A stretch of DNA of 63,831 nt, filler included, from Reclinomonas americana ATCC 50394 (taxonomy: Eukaryota), in the NCBI GenBank assembly GCA_048213135.1. It is 11 parts of 4 records of this genome, joined end to end, with 100 filler letters (N's around TTAATTAATTAA, not from the genome) between each part and the next. Parts side by side here need not be neighbours in the genome. Positions count along the whole stretch, not along the records: positions 1 to 3,656 come from PS015013.1; positions 3,757 to 17,540 come from PS015013.1; 9 more parts are not named here. One strand, written 5' to 3'. Below are positions 1 to 12,600 of this stretch, in pieces (the first letter of the stretch is position 1; each line of letters opens with the position of its first letter). A program made the translations under genes and the position numbers. The notes under the pieces were generated by a model. The model was given only the letters and a program-made list of their open reading frames with translations. It was not told the DNA's origin and ran no database searches.

Positions 1-3000
1 CGGCGCAATCGGGATCTCAATGTGAATCTCGTTGAGAATGACCGTGTTGCGCTCGGTTCCGTAGCGACCCGTGTCGTACTCAATGGTGCCAAACACCACG
101 CTGGTCTCCGACGATGACACCTTCAAGTTGACCGACACCATCTGCTTGCCAAAGCCGGCAATGGTGTAACTCTGTGGCCGGTCCATGATCTTCAGATCGC
201 CCACCGTGTTCAACTCGACCGTCAGGTTCTGCAGCGTCTCGTTGGTCTGGTTGACCACCAACACCTGGAGCACGACAGGGGTGATCGGATGAGCACAAAA
301 AAGGGAAGGAAGGGAGAGCACACACACACACAGCACCTCCAGTGACACGTCGTACTCGCGCACAGTGACACAGGCTTCGGCATAGACAGGATCCGAGAAG
401 CCCGTCAACTGGGTGATGCGACCCAACCGATCAGTGAACTCGCTTGTCCGGTCACCGGCCTTTGCCTTTGTCATGTCTGCACGCAAGTGTGAGACATGTA
501 AAGCAAGTCGGGCTCAAAGAAGCGCCATCAACACACCTTCTTCCTCATCCTCAACGTCCAACACACCCACATCCGCCTTGAGCTGGCGGAAGGCAATGAC
601 CTTGTCAGCAGGTGTGCCGACAGTGCTGTGAGAGTGCGGCGCGCGTCAGTCGGGAATGCAGAGGAGTGGAGAGCAACAATGGAAACACGGGCACGTACGT
701 CTCGTCCTCCTTCTTGCCCTTCAGCGCCTGTTCCTCGCGCTCCTCTCGCGCGTGCAACCGCTCGTACATCAGGTCCAGACCATGCATCGAGCCGTCGGTG
801 ATGATGCCTCTGCAATAGGGATGTGATGAGAAGCGATACAACGCGATGGTCAGAGTCTGGGAGGCAGTACGCACGCGACATCGGCGTCGTTCGGGTTCGC
901 CAACATGCGCAGGCATCGGTACAAGTGGTCACGCGGATCCTCGTCCATCCTCTCCGGCACCAGCGACGAGTGACCGAGGCGAATCATGGCGCTGATGTAC
1001 AGCATGACCTCGGTCAGCAAGCCATTGCGAATCTCCTCCGACAAGCCAATCCTGTAGGCCTTGAGGACCAGCTTGGTCAGCGCACTGGCCACACATACAC
1101 TGGTGTAGTAGTCGGCCTCCAGGAGGTACGCTGCGGTGTGATGAATGAGCACCACACGACATGCAGCAAACAAGAGTGCGAGACGCAACTGCGCAGGGTC
1201 TTAACAACAGCAGCAGCCGCCGCGGCCGCCGACGCTTCCTTGTCCACAGGTGTGCTGTCGGTGGCATAGGTGCCGTCGGCCAACACGCGAGTCTTGCGCG
1301 TGGTGATGCTCGGCGCACTCGAGGTTGTCGTGTGTCCACTGTGTGTCGAGCTGGCGTCGTCGTCGCGAGCAGCCGGGTCCACTTCGCTGGTGAACGGAAT
1401 GGGCCCGAGAGACTGCTTGATAGTGGTCACCGCCGCCATAATGTCGTGGTGCTCGCTGCTGAATGCAGCCAAAATCCACACCACCACACGGAACACCTTG
1501 GCAGTGGTGATGCTCGGGAACACAACGTGCAGCTTTTGGAGGATCGAGTCGCGCAGCTCCGGGAAGCGATGCATGATTTCGCTGCGCGACAGAGGGAAGT
1601 GAGCCACGTGCTTTTTGTGTGTGTGTGTGTGTAACACAGAAATAGAAACACACAGACAGACCGCAACAAAAAGCGCCACATCCAGGGCGGATGGGCTCGT
1701 GTCGCCCAAAAAGTCCATCAGCAAGTGCACCACGCTGTGTGCCAACTCTGGGAATCGCACCGCGCAGCGATGGATGGTGCGGATGATCATTCTCCGGTAC
1801 TCGGCCGCCTGTCGCCCATTGCACATGAGACAGGGGAAATTGCACGAGAGAAAGAAGTATGTATGTGTGCACATGCACGCAACTCCATCAATGGCTTCCG
1901 TTTGTGCCTTGCTGACCTCCTTCTTCAGGAACACCATCACCTCTTCCACGTTGCGCGACGACACCAAGTCGAGCGCCACGTTGATGACTTTCTCGCGGAT
2001 TTCCACATTCGGACTGCGTGATCAATGTGTGTGAGTGAGGAGAGCGAGTTGTCAAGATGGAACGACACCTGCTTTACCGACCTTGCCACACCGCGCAAAA
2101 TGTCCATCACCAAGTCCTCCATGACGACGCTGAATCGCTTCTTCATGTCTTGAATACGGTCGAGAACAATCAGCTTAACGTTGTTGTCCGAGTGCTGCGG
2201 CATGACAACACATAAGCAACCAACATCTGCAAGCAAGCAAAGGAAGACGCCGAAACTGTGGCCAACAACTGGCACAGAGTGGAGGCAGCAGCGCGGATTG
2301 AGGTCGGCGAGCGTGACATGGCCACCAGCGTAATGGCGGCCTGGTACACGACGGCATTCGACGGCGAGTTGAGCAAGTCAAACGTCATCTTCAAGTACCG
2401 TCCCTGTTCAAGCGTTCGCTGTCAGCACCAACACAAAAGAAACCCACGACGCACATATATATAATCGCACGCAAGACCTTGTCGGTGGGGTTGCTACGGG
2501 CCAGCTTGCGCACGGCGTCGAGAACCACCAGCTGGAACTGCTCGCCGCCATTCTCCAGGTCAGAGATGCGCGAGCGCAGGTACTTGATCGCGCGGTCCTG
2601 CGCGCACTGGAACAGCATGATGAAAGCGTTGCGGCGGGCGCTGGCGTCGCTCTCACGATCAGTGGACAGCGACTCCTCGGCCAACTCGGCGGCCTCGGGG
2701 ATCAGGTCGGGGTGTTGCCGGAAGATGGAGTACATGGCGAGCAGTGCATTCTTGCGCACGTAGGCGTGGCGATGCGTCAGATTGATCTTGACCTCGGAGG
2801 CCAGCTCCTCTAGTAGCTCCACCTGGTCGACCTTGGAGAGGAAGCGCAGCGTGGCGCCGCGCACGTACTCGTTGGGGTGGTTGAGATTCTTGCGAATGTG
2901 GTTGGAGACGAGAATGAGCTCAGGCAACAGCTTGCCATCCGCACTCGTCTTCCTGATCGACTCCCAGTACAGCAGCAGAAGCTTCTGCAGCGTCTTGTCC

Positions 3001-3606
3001 TCCTGCATGATGAGCCACGAAAGAGTGAGCGCAAATTGGGTAACACGCATCAAGTTCACGTGCACACACGCATGCACACCAAGGACAGCGTGGTCTCCAC
3101 ACTCATGACAGGCGCGCGGTGTGGAGAGAGGAGGAGGACAAGAGGAAGATGAAGACGAAGATAAAGAAAGACAGTGCGTGCGTGCGCGCGAAAAATGGCG
3201 CGCCCCCAAACACACGCACGCAGGCACGCACACTCACGCTCGTCGCTCACAGGCACACTGACGACGCACACACAAGCACATACACATACACACGCATCAC
3301 ACACACACAAAAGCAAAAGCAAGGGACACACTCAACGATTTACACACACGTGTCAAGCTCTCTTGCCTCCCTCCCTCTCTCTCTCTCTCATGCTACCCAC
3401 TCAACTCGAGGCATGACGTTCTGGATGATGGGCATCAGCAGCTGCTGCACCCGCTCGCCCTGCAGCAGCAGCGTCAGGATACGACGCATGGCCACCACTC
3501 GCTCAGCATCCGAGCCCGTCTCAATCGTCTTGCGCAGCTCCTGCGTCGATGGCGGATCGGTGTCCCGCGGCAACAGCAGAGTGCATGCACCGTCGTAGAG
3601 CGCCAT
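1..3606 (-). CDS. COPB1: Coatomer subunit beta (beta-COP), 3' end runs off the window; ~11 introns
   Basis: Spliced translation MALYDGACTLLL...LLMPIIQNVMPR|EDKTLQKLLLLYWE...NLNHPNEYVRGATLRFL...HRHAYVRKNA...DNNVKLIVLDR...VLADGTYAT...ITQLTGFSDPVYAEA...VVNQTNETLQNLTVEL, all hallmark beta-COP segments; GT-AG introns restore frame (one 1-nt discrepancy at ~1665). Confidence 0.97.
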
Positions 3607-3700
3607 TCTCACGCACAGCGCAAACAGAAGACAGAGTGGGGTACAATTAACTCGCGNNNNNNNNNNNNNNNNNNNNNNNNNNNNNNNNNNNNNNNNNNNN

Positions 3701-3712
3701 TTAATTAATTAA
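3701..3712. other. Artificial six-frame-stop scaffold linker TTAATTAATTAA (also at 17585, 42412, 45059, 48202, 50773, 54906, 57396, 60627, 62587)
   Basis: Identical 12-mer flanked by N runs ten times. Confidence 0.98.
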
Positions 3713-3756
3713 NNNNNNNNNNNNNNNNNNNNNNNNNNNNNNNNNNNNNNNNNNNN

Positions 3757-4315
3757 GCCCTGCGTCGCCAACCCCGCCGGCTTGTTCAACACAAACAGAT
3801 CGTCGTTCTTGAACAGCACCGCCGCCTCTAGCATGGCGCGCTCCTGCGCCGTCACCACCATCACCGGCGTCGCCGCCGCCTTCCTCTCGCCACTCACTGC
3901 CGCGGGCGCAAACTTGACACCCACACGATACACCTCTCCCGCACTCACACGCTGCTCCGGTGTCGCACGCAGTCCACTGCCCGCAGCCGCACACAGTCGC
4001 AACTGCGCACGCACACGCGTCTTCAGTCATTGAGAACAAGAGATATGGGAGAGGAGGAGAAGGAGACGCAACGAGGCCCTTGCGCGACGCCTTCTCAATG
4101 TACGACTGCGGCAGATCGCGGAAGCGCAGACGAATGAGTCGATCCAGTCGCATGCCAGCCTCGCTCTCCGCCACTCTCAACGTGCGATCCTCAGCCGCAG
4201 AAGAAGGAGAAGAGAAGAGACATCTTTGGCTCACAACAACACTACCACCACTGCTACATAGCGACAGCAGCGGCAGGAGCGGCCTGGCAGACAAGCGCGC
4301 CACCAGCGAGAACAT
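3757..4315 (-). CDS. RluA/RluC/D-family pseudouridine synthase, N-terminal half (sub-contig inverted); probable mitochondrial targeting peptide plus S4-like segment
   Basis: MFSLVARLSARPLL... (Arg/Ser/Leu-rich leader), GMRLDRLIR, VLFKNDDLFVLNKPAGLATQG (motif I). Confidence 0.85.
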
Positions 4316-4345
4316 TGAAAGAAATNNNNNNNNNNNNNNNNNNNN

Positions 4346-5226
4346 GGCAGCAAGGTCACACGGCACCTGGATGGCATGTTGCATGTGTTGTCGACGGGCG
4401 ACGAGCGACCGCGACTCGTGCATCGACTCGACAAGGACGCCAGTGGGTGCATTGTGGTGGCGCGCAGTCGCGAGGCGGCGGCGTACCTTGCGCGGTGGTT
4501 CACGTATACACGGCCCGACGCGGCCACCATTCTCAACAACCGCGACGCCACCGATTCACTCTTTTCGGTGGTGCGTCGGGGCTCCTATCGCCGAGTGCCG
4601 GTGGACGAGGCCGCCTCGCTGCTGTACATCAAGAAGCGCTACTGGGCGTTTGTGAGTGGCGCACCCGAGGTGTCGGAGGGGAGAATACGAGCGCCGTTGC
4701 AGAAGGGTGTGTGTGTGTGTCGGTAGCAGTGTGAGCAACGAGAGCAGCGATGAGTTGACTGTTTGATTGTTATCACACAGTGGCCACGACCGATGGAGGC
4801 CGCGGTGGTGAGCAAATGATGGTGGTGTCGGAGGACGCCGGTCAGTTTGCCGTCAGCGAGTACCGTGTGATGGACCGGGCGGGGAAGCAGGTGCGTTGGC
4901 GATGGAGAGGGGGGAAAAGGATGGAAAGGCTCATCGGGCTGCGTCAGGGCGCCTGGCTTGAATTGTCGCCACTCACCGGGCGCACGCACCAACTGAGAGT
5001 CCACACGGCGTCGGTGCTGCGGTGCCCGATTGTTGGCGATCACAAGTACGGTCTCGGAGTGCCGCCAGGGCTGCGCGAAGCCTGTCCGCAGCCGATCCTG
5101 CAACTGCATTCACGCCAGATCATCCTGCCGTACCGCAACGCAGCCGGTGAGTTTCTGTGCGTGACGGCACCGTTGCCACAGCACATGCGCCACACCTGGA
5201 AGTACTTTGGGTTTGAGCTAGATTGA
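4346..5226 (+). CDS. RluA/RluC/D-family pseudouridine synthase, C-terminal catalytic half
   Basis: VHRLDKDASG (catalytic Asp), KKRYWA, TGRTHQLRVH, PIVGDHKYG, LQLHS; two GT-AG introns. Confidence 0.92.
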
Positions 5227-5276
5227 AAGCCATGATGCATGCGTCACGCACTTGTGGAAAACTGGGTGATGCAGTC

Positions 5277-5348
5277 GGCCGTTTGGTCTAGTGGTATGAT
5301 TCGCCGTTCGGGTCGGTGAGGTCCTGGGTTCAATTCCCAGAACGGCCC
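5277..5348 (+). tRNA. tRNA-Pro(CGG)
   Basis: GGCCGTT/AACGGCC acceptor stem, D-arm GTCTAGTGGTATGAT, anticodon arm CGCCG-TT CGG GT-CGGTG, T-arm CTGGG-TTCAATT-CCCAG; followed by a T-run (Pol III terminator). Confidence 0.96.
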
Positions 5349-5351
5349 TGC

Positions 5352-5358
5352 TTTTTTT
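5352..5358 (+). terminator. Pol III oligo-T terminator of tRNA-Pro copy 1
   Basis: T7 run 3 nt after the tRNA 3' end. Confidence 0.7.
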
Positions 5359-5777
5359 GCCCTTTTTTATTTCTCTGTGCTCGTCGTATATCACTCACTG
5401 CTCTGTACTGCATGCAACAAAGTCGCGCGAAACATGCAAAGAATGCACGCGAAAGAGAAAGAGAAAAAACAAAAGATATCGGATGCTCGGATTCTTGTGC
5501 TTCCACTCTGCCTTCGTTTCCCTTCTTCACACACTTCTCACTCCCTCATTTCCACGTACCCCATGCATCCACCCTTGAATTCGACGGGAGGCAAAAAAGA
5601 GATCTAGAGGAAACGAGGAAACAGAATGAATCCGAACATCGATATTTTGTTTTTTCTTTTCTTTCTCTTTCGCGTCCATTTTTTTGCATATTTCTCGCGA
5701 CTTTGTTGCATGCAGTACAGAGCAGTGAGCGATAGATACGACGAGCGCAGAGAAATAAAAAAGCGCAAAAAGATAGA

Positions 5778-5849
5778 GGGCCGTTCTGGGAATTGAACCC
5801 AGGACCTCACCGACCCGAACGGCGAATCATACCACTAGACCAAACGGCC
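5778..5849 (-). tRNA. tRNA-Pro(CGG), second identical copy
   Basis: Exact reverse complement of 5277-5348; T-run downstream on the minus strand. Confidence 0.96.
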
Positions 5850-6051
5850 GACTCCAACTTCCGAACCTGGGCGGCGCCAGCCTGCGTTGAAAGGGCGGTT
5901 CTCTGTGTCTCACGCTCTCGCTACGAGCACGACCAGCGCTCGCAGACACCACGCACACCTCAGTGGATGAAAGAGTAGCACATTGCACACCAAAACACGA
6001 CATCCACACATTGATCTGTCCAATTGCTCGACACAAAAACATTCACACCCC

Positions 6052-6371
6052 ATGCAGTCGCGCACGGCATTGGCAGTGGCCCTTGTTGTGGCCGCCCTTC
6101 TGGCGGTGCTCATCGGCAGCACGTCGACACTCGCTTCGCCAGCCTCCGCCAATCTCTTCATGAACGCGGGTTCGAGTGGCACCGCGCTTCCGAAGGGAGT
6201 CGGTTCGTGGGAAGAGTTCCTCGAGAAGCTGCTGGAGCATGCTGAGGAGGTGAGGCGGGAAGGAAGGAGAAGGGAGGGAGAGAGAGGGAGGGGGTGTGAG
6301 AAGGGGTAGGGGGTCTCCTGATTTGTGTCATGAAGCGCTCGGAGTGTGAGTGTGTGATACACAGAGAGTGC

Positions 6372-6406
<35 letters not shown>

Positions 6407-9400
6407 TATTCTCTCGTGGGGGTCGATGATTGACCGCATTTCCGCAGATCAAGACCTTTATCGAGCGCATCACGGACCTCAAGCGCTTCCAGTACGCCGA
6501 GGTGTGTGTGGCTCCTTGTCGCCGTACAACCGCCTCCTCTTCTCACTCCTCTGCCCGCAGGACTGTGTCAAGCTGTACTCGGAGGCCACGGCCACAGATT
6601 GGTCCGTGCGCGCCATCATTGTCGATCGCAAGCCGGTCGTGCAGACCGACTTGTATGAGACTCAGGTCGGCACTGGTGGTACTGGCGTTGCTCTCATCGG
6701 TCACTCACTTTGTTTCTTTCGCCGCAGCTGCTCCTCGAGCAAACCGACACCCACATGTCGCAGATGGTCAATCTGTTCATGAATGAGAAGCCGCAGCTGA
6801 CACTGGATCACTACGTGGTGGTGCCGGAGGTGTGTGTGGCGTGAGATGCTCCAGCATCGTACACTTGTCTTGGCGATTCACTGTGCGGCGCTGTGCAGAG
6901 CGACGAGCTGTGCGACGGCTTGTCGAAGGACTATGGCTGCATCTGCAACACTCTTGGTCACTGCCAGACTGGCACCATGAAGGCCGATCCGTGGACCCGA
7001 GCGGTCCGTCTTCTCGCGCACACTCAAGTGCTTGCTTGTGTCTTCAGCTGATGTCGTTGCTGGGTGCAGGCCGTCGACTTCCAGTTCTTCGAACTCGGTC
7101 GCAACCGCACTCTCAACCAAGTGCAGTGGATGCAGGTGCGTTGAAGTCTCTCTCGTGTCTGTCCGTGCTTGCTCATCGGCTCACCGTCATCCTGTCATGG
7201 TATGCAGTCGCACAATGCCTACAACACACGGTTCGTCATATGCGGAAACAAGGCGTCTGTTGTATGGACGCTCTCTCATTCTTTCTTTCATCCCATTGCT
7301 CAGTGCCAACGGTTACGGTCTGGAGGACAACCTGTGGGGCGGCATCTTCTCGATCATTGCTCCAGGCGAGCAGATCATTGTCGCCAACCACGAGGTTTGT
7401 TCTGCTTTGTTCTTTGCAGAGCATGTTGTTGTCGATGCTCACCTCTCGCTTGCTTCAGTTCTCGTTGACCGATCAGCTCAACGCCGGTGTGCGTGCGCTG
7501 GAGTTCGATCCGCACTGGTTCAACGGCAAGATCCGCCTGTTGCGTTCCGGTTGTGGTCGACTCTGTTATAGCGGTGGTTTCTCACCTGCTTGTGTTGTCT
7601 TTCGGCTGCAGGTGCCACTCTGGTGTGTTTGTTCTTCACGTCGCTTTGTTGCTGCTGCGGCGGCTGGTGCTTACTTGCAATACGCTCTCCACAGGCATTC
7701 CCGACATTGCATGGGTCGACAAGCTGGTGGCCGTGATCTCGAAGATCATCGGTCGCCCGATTGATTGGTGCACCACCGAAGTTGCGTGGGCTTCTCGCTC
7801 ACTTCCTACGCCCAGCAATTGTCTCATTTCGACGCAGTTGGTGTGTGGTCTGTGGGATCGCCCGTACGCTGACGGCATTGCCGAGGTGGCCGACTGGTTG
7901 AAGAAGCCCGAGAACCAGCACGAGATCATCAACTTTTACTTTGAGAATCGTTGCGTCGACAGTGACTCGTCGTGTGCAGCATGTTTACGACTAACATTTC
8001 TGTGTTTGTGACAATGCAGACTACCGGTTCACGTTTGGCAAGGTGCTGATACAAGTCATATATCATTCATCGCTCTCGCCGTCACTTACACCTCATCTCG
8101 CACAGAACGACCTGATCAACAACCCCATCCGCGATCACTTGGGCGACCTGGTGTACACACCGGCCGATCGCGCCGCGCAGTTTGGCAACAACACTGAGTT
8201 GCGTTCCATATCTATCAATGTGGATGCTGCTGTATCTGATCGTGCTCTCGCGCAGCAAGTGGCCGACGGTGCAGCAAATGATTGACATGGGCAAGCGTGT
8301 GGTGATTGGCACGAATGACGACACCAACGGTGGCGTGTACGTGCACCAGAACTTCTGGACGGAGTGGGGCATTGATGACCTCGCCAAGGATCCGTTCCCA
8401 CACTGCCTCGGCGCCAATGAGACCATGTGGTCTCGTATCGTTGCGTCTCTTGCCTCGTAGTCATGCCTTTCTCCGGGAGTGTGTTCGCTGACTCGTAGGT
8501 GCTTCCAATTTGCAGTACGGCACTCACTTGTGCTACCCGGTAAGTAACAAGGAAGGGCAATGGAGCTGTGGCAACGAGTTGCTCATTTGCGTTTCCTTGT
8601 GATATGCAGCCCGTCGAGGAGTCCGGCTGCAAGCCTCCGTATCCCGAGTCCTTCTTCCCGGAGCGCGTTCCATGGGTTGCGTCTTGCTCTCTCTCTCTCG
8701 CTCTCTCTCGCTCTCTCTNNNNNNNNNNNNNNNNNNNNNNNNNNNNNNNNNNNNNNNNNNNNNNNNNNNNNNGCTCTCTCTCTCTCTCTCCCCTCGTTTA
8801 TGTGAGTCTGACATGAACCCATGCACACAGGCCACTGACTGCGGTGCGCTTGCTCGTCACCATCCCGGTTGACACGATCGTCGGTTGCTGAACCTTTCTC
8901 CTTTTCTCTCGTTGCAGGTATCACGTGGATTGGCTGGGACCGCACGTCGCCGGGTGTGTTCTTTTTCTCGCCAGCTTTCCTCGTGAGCCCGTCTGTATTC
9001 ACTAACTTGTCGAGTTGCGTTTCAGCGCTGACTGCGGGTGGCATTTGGAGCTGGGCGCCAGGAGAGCCCCGTCTCAGTTTCGTTAAGAGTGTGTGGCCTT
9101 TGCATTTCCACGGTTCCATCCTCTCACTCCCCTCGTGCCTGTCGACAGCTAACGCCTGTGTGGTCATGGATTCGACGAGCCACTGGATCACTGCCCCGTG
9201 CTCCTCCCTCTCGACCCCCTACCGCGCCTGCCGCAACCTCCAGAACGACCTGCAGTGGACCGTCGGCAGTGGGTGAGTTCGCGAGAAGAAGAAATCTGCT
9301 GCGGTCCTCTTTGCTCACTCGCTGCCCCTCGCAGCTCCTGCCCGTCTGGCTTTGTCTTCGACACACCGGTCAGCGGCAAGCAGAACCACATTCTGTGGCT

Positions 9401-9455
9401 GTCGGCCTCCCAGTCGCAGCAGGCTGCCGGCATTCTGCTGCCGTGGCGCACCTGA
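6052..9455 (+). CDS. Secreted PI-PLC-X/PLC-like phosphodiesterase with a Cys-rich lectin-like C-terminus, copy 1 (~21 introns)
   Basis: Signal peptide MQSRTALAVALVVAALLAV; WMQ|SHNAYN, LTDQLNAGVRALEFDPHW, L|CHS|G, KWPTVQQMIDMGKRVV, WSWAPGEP, CPSGFVFDTPVSGKQN; GT-AG splicing gives an open frame. Confidence 0.82.
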
Positions 9456-9672
9456 AAAGCTGAATTCTTTGCCCAAGTCGGAAGTGGCGCATACGCCTGC
9501 GTTGTAACTTTTTCCTTCTCTCTCTCTCCCTCTCCATCCCCACTGTTGTTGTTCGTTCCATCTATTCTCTCCCGCTATGCGCCACCCCGACAATCGTCCC
9601 TGAGTTAATGATCATCATCACGCGACGTGTGCTTTTGAGTTGTCCCGCACCACACCCTGAGTGAGAGACAGA

Positions 9673-12600
9673 ATGTCACGCGCACTGCTTGTGGGTGCCG
9701 TGGCGACCGCTGCATTGCTGGTGATGCTCGTCAGCTCATTCATGGCTGCGCCGGTCTCCGCCTCGGTGGTGATGAATGCGGCGAGTCGCACACCGCTGTC
9801 GACCAGCATTTTCGGATCGTGGGAAGAGTTCCTGGCCAAGCTCATTGAACATGCCGATGAGGTAGTTGATGTGCTCGAGCGATAGAGAGAGAGAGAGAGG
9901 GAGAGAGCACAGGCTTTGTGTGCGTGCATTCATCACAAGATCCATCCAGCATTGATCCGCGATTGATCCCCCACGTGTCTCACTCTTGCCCTATTGACTC
10001 TCCTTTTTGATGTCCACTCTACTCACACTGTAGTTCTCCTCTTAACAGATCAAGTCGTTCATTGAGCGCATCACTGATCGCAAGCGCTTCCAATACGCTG
10101 AGGTTACGAATATGTGTGTGGTGAGTTGTGCGGTTCGTGTGAGCTGACTCCGCGCGCTCAGGACTGTGTCAAGCTGTACTCGGAGGCCACGGCCACAGAT
10201 TGGTCCGTGCGCGCCATCATTGTCGATCGCAAGCCGGTCGTGCAGACCGACTTGTATGAGACTCAGGTCGGCACTTGTGGTTGCAGGGTTGCTCTCATCG
10301 ACCATCGATTGCTCACTTTGCTTCCTTCCACCACAGCTGCTCCTCGAGCAAACCGCAACGCACATGTCACAGCTGGTCAACCTGTTCATGAAAGAGAAGC
10401 CGCAGTTGACGCTGGACCACTACATTGTCGTACCCGAGGTTTGCAAGTGAGAAGTTTGCACTCCGCACTCGTGCTGCTTCATCTCAACTTTCTTGCGGGC
10501 AGAGCGACGAGCTGTGCGACGGCTTGTCAAAGGACTATGGCTGCATCTGCAACACTCTTGGTCACTGCCAGACGGGCACCATGAAGGCCGATCCGTGGAC
10601 CCGAGCGGTCAGTATTCTCGCGCACACTCACGTGCTTGCTTGTGTCTTCATCTGATGTCGTCGCTGGGTGCAGGCCGTCGACTTCCAGTTCTTCGAACTC
10701 GGTCGCAACCGCACTCTCAACCAAGTGCAGTGGATGCAGGTGCGTTGCTTCAATGCGGCGGATGTGGATCTGGTTATTGTGACATTAACCGTGATGCATG
10801 TCACTTGCAGTCGCACAACGCCTACAACACACGGTTCGTCGTGAGAGAAAGCCGCGTGCGTTCCACAAGACTGTGCTCACATTCCTCCTTTCATCGCATG
10901 GCACAGTGCCAATGGGTACGGTCTGGAGGACAACTTGTGGGGTGGCATCTTCTCAATCATTTCTCCGGGCGAGGACATTATCATTGCGAATCACGAGGTC
11001 TGCTCGTGTCGACCTGTCTCGTCACACGAACAACAAACCTGACCAGAGTACTCGGCTGTAACAGTTCTCGTTGACCGACCAGCTCAACGCCGGTGTGCGA
11101 GCGCTGGAGTTCGATCCGCACTGGTTCAACGGCAAGATCCGCCTGTTGCGTTCTGATGTTGTCTGCTGCATCTCTGCTTTCGTGCTCTTACCGTTGCAGC
11201 TGTCCGTAGGTGCCACTCCGGTCCGTGAACATTCTTCTCATCACTGGCTGTCCTCGAGTTATTGACACCCTTTGCAGGCATTCCCGATGTCAAGTGGGTC
11301 GACAAGCTGGTTGCGGTTCTCTCCAAGATCATCGGTCGCCCGATTGACTGGTGCACCACCGAAGTTGTGTGGGCTTCTCGTTCACTTCTTGTTCCCGTCA
11401 ATTGTCTCACCTCGCTGCAGTTGGTGTGTGGTCTGTGGGATCGCCCGTACGCTGACGGCATTGCCGAGGTGGCCGACTGGTTGAAGAAGCCCGAGAACCA
11501 GCACGAGATCATCAACTTTTACTTTGAGAATCGTTGCGTCGACAGTGACTCGTCGTGTGCAGCATGTTTACGACTAACATTTCTGTGTTTGTGACAATGC
11601 AGACTACCGGTTCACGTTTGGCAAGGTGCTGATACAAGTCATATATCTTCCATCGCTCTCGCCGTCACTTACACCTCATCCCGCACAGAACGACCTGATC
11701 AACAACCCCATCCGCGATCACTTGGGCGACCTGGTGTACACGCCGGCCGATCGTGCCGCACAGTTTGGCAACAACACTGAGTTGCGTTCCATATCTATCA
11801 ATGTGGATGCTGCTGTATCTGATACCAACTCGTGCTCTCGCGCAGCAAGTGGCCGACGGTGCAGCAAATGATTGACATGGGCAAGCGTGTGGTGATTGGC
11901 ACGAATGACGACACCAACGGTGGTGTGTACGTGCACCAGAACTTCTGGACCGAGTGGGGCGTCAACGCCCTGGCCAACAGCCCGTACCCCACGTGCCTCA
12001 ACACCAATGAGACCATGTGGTCTCGTATCGTTGCGTCACCCCTCCATCGCTTGTCCGTGTGCACTGCACTGCTTACACATCTTCCGCAATGCAGTTCGGC
12101 TCCTACTTGTGCTACCCGGTGCGTGCTAGCGCGATGTGCGACGACTCGTTCGTTGTTCGTGACTCACGTTGTTGTCGTGCAGCCGATTGAGGACTCTGGC
12201 TGCAAGCCGCCGTACCCCGACTCGTTCTTCCCGGAGCGCGTGCCATGGGTTGCGTCTCGCACTCCTGTTTCCACGATGTTGCTGCTGTTTCTCTTCTCAT
12301 TCTTGTCTTGTTCACAGGCCACGCAATGCGGTTTGTCTCCGTGTCCACCCTGCTGCTGACATGCACCGTCGCTCACCAACTTTGTAGGCATCACTTGGAT
12401 TGGGTGGGATCGCACATCGCCAGGTACCACCCTCGCGGGTGGGGCGAACGTAGCAGCTAATGATGTCTCACTCTCTCGTTTTGCAGCACTGACGGCCGCC
12501 GGCATCTGGTCGTGGGCGCCAGGCGAGCCTCGTCTTTGTTGCGTGCAATTACCAGCTCATGTTTTCTGGTATGTCGCCATGACCTCACTCGTCTCGCAAA

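Larger units (their letters stand above)
5273..5853. repeat. Imperfect inverted repeat (~220-nt arms, ~130-nt spacer) carrying both tRNA genes
   Basis: 5273-~5493 matches the reverse complement of ~5627-5853, including ~145 nt of 3' flank (e.g. ctcactgctctgtactgcatgcaacaaagtcgcg). Confidence 0.93.

Noticed and set aside
1583-1662. Second stwintron in beta-COP (G[GTCTGT...AAAAG]CACGT...CAG)
   Set aside because: Would need a 30-nt GC-AG external intron and gives FVAE; a single T overcall giving the conserved FVRE is simpler
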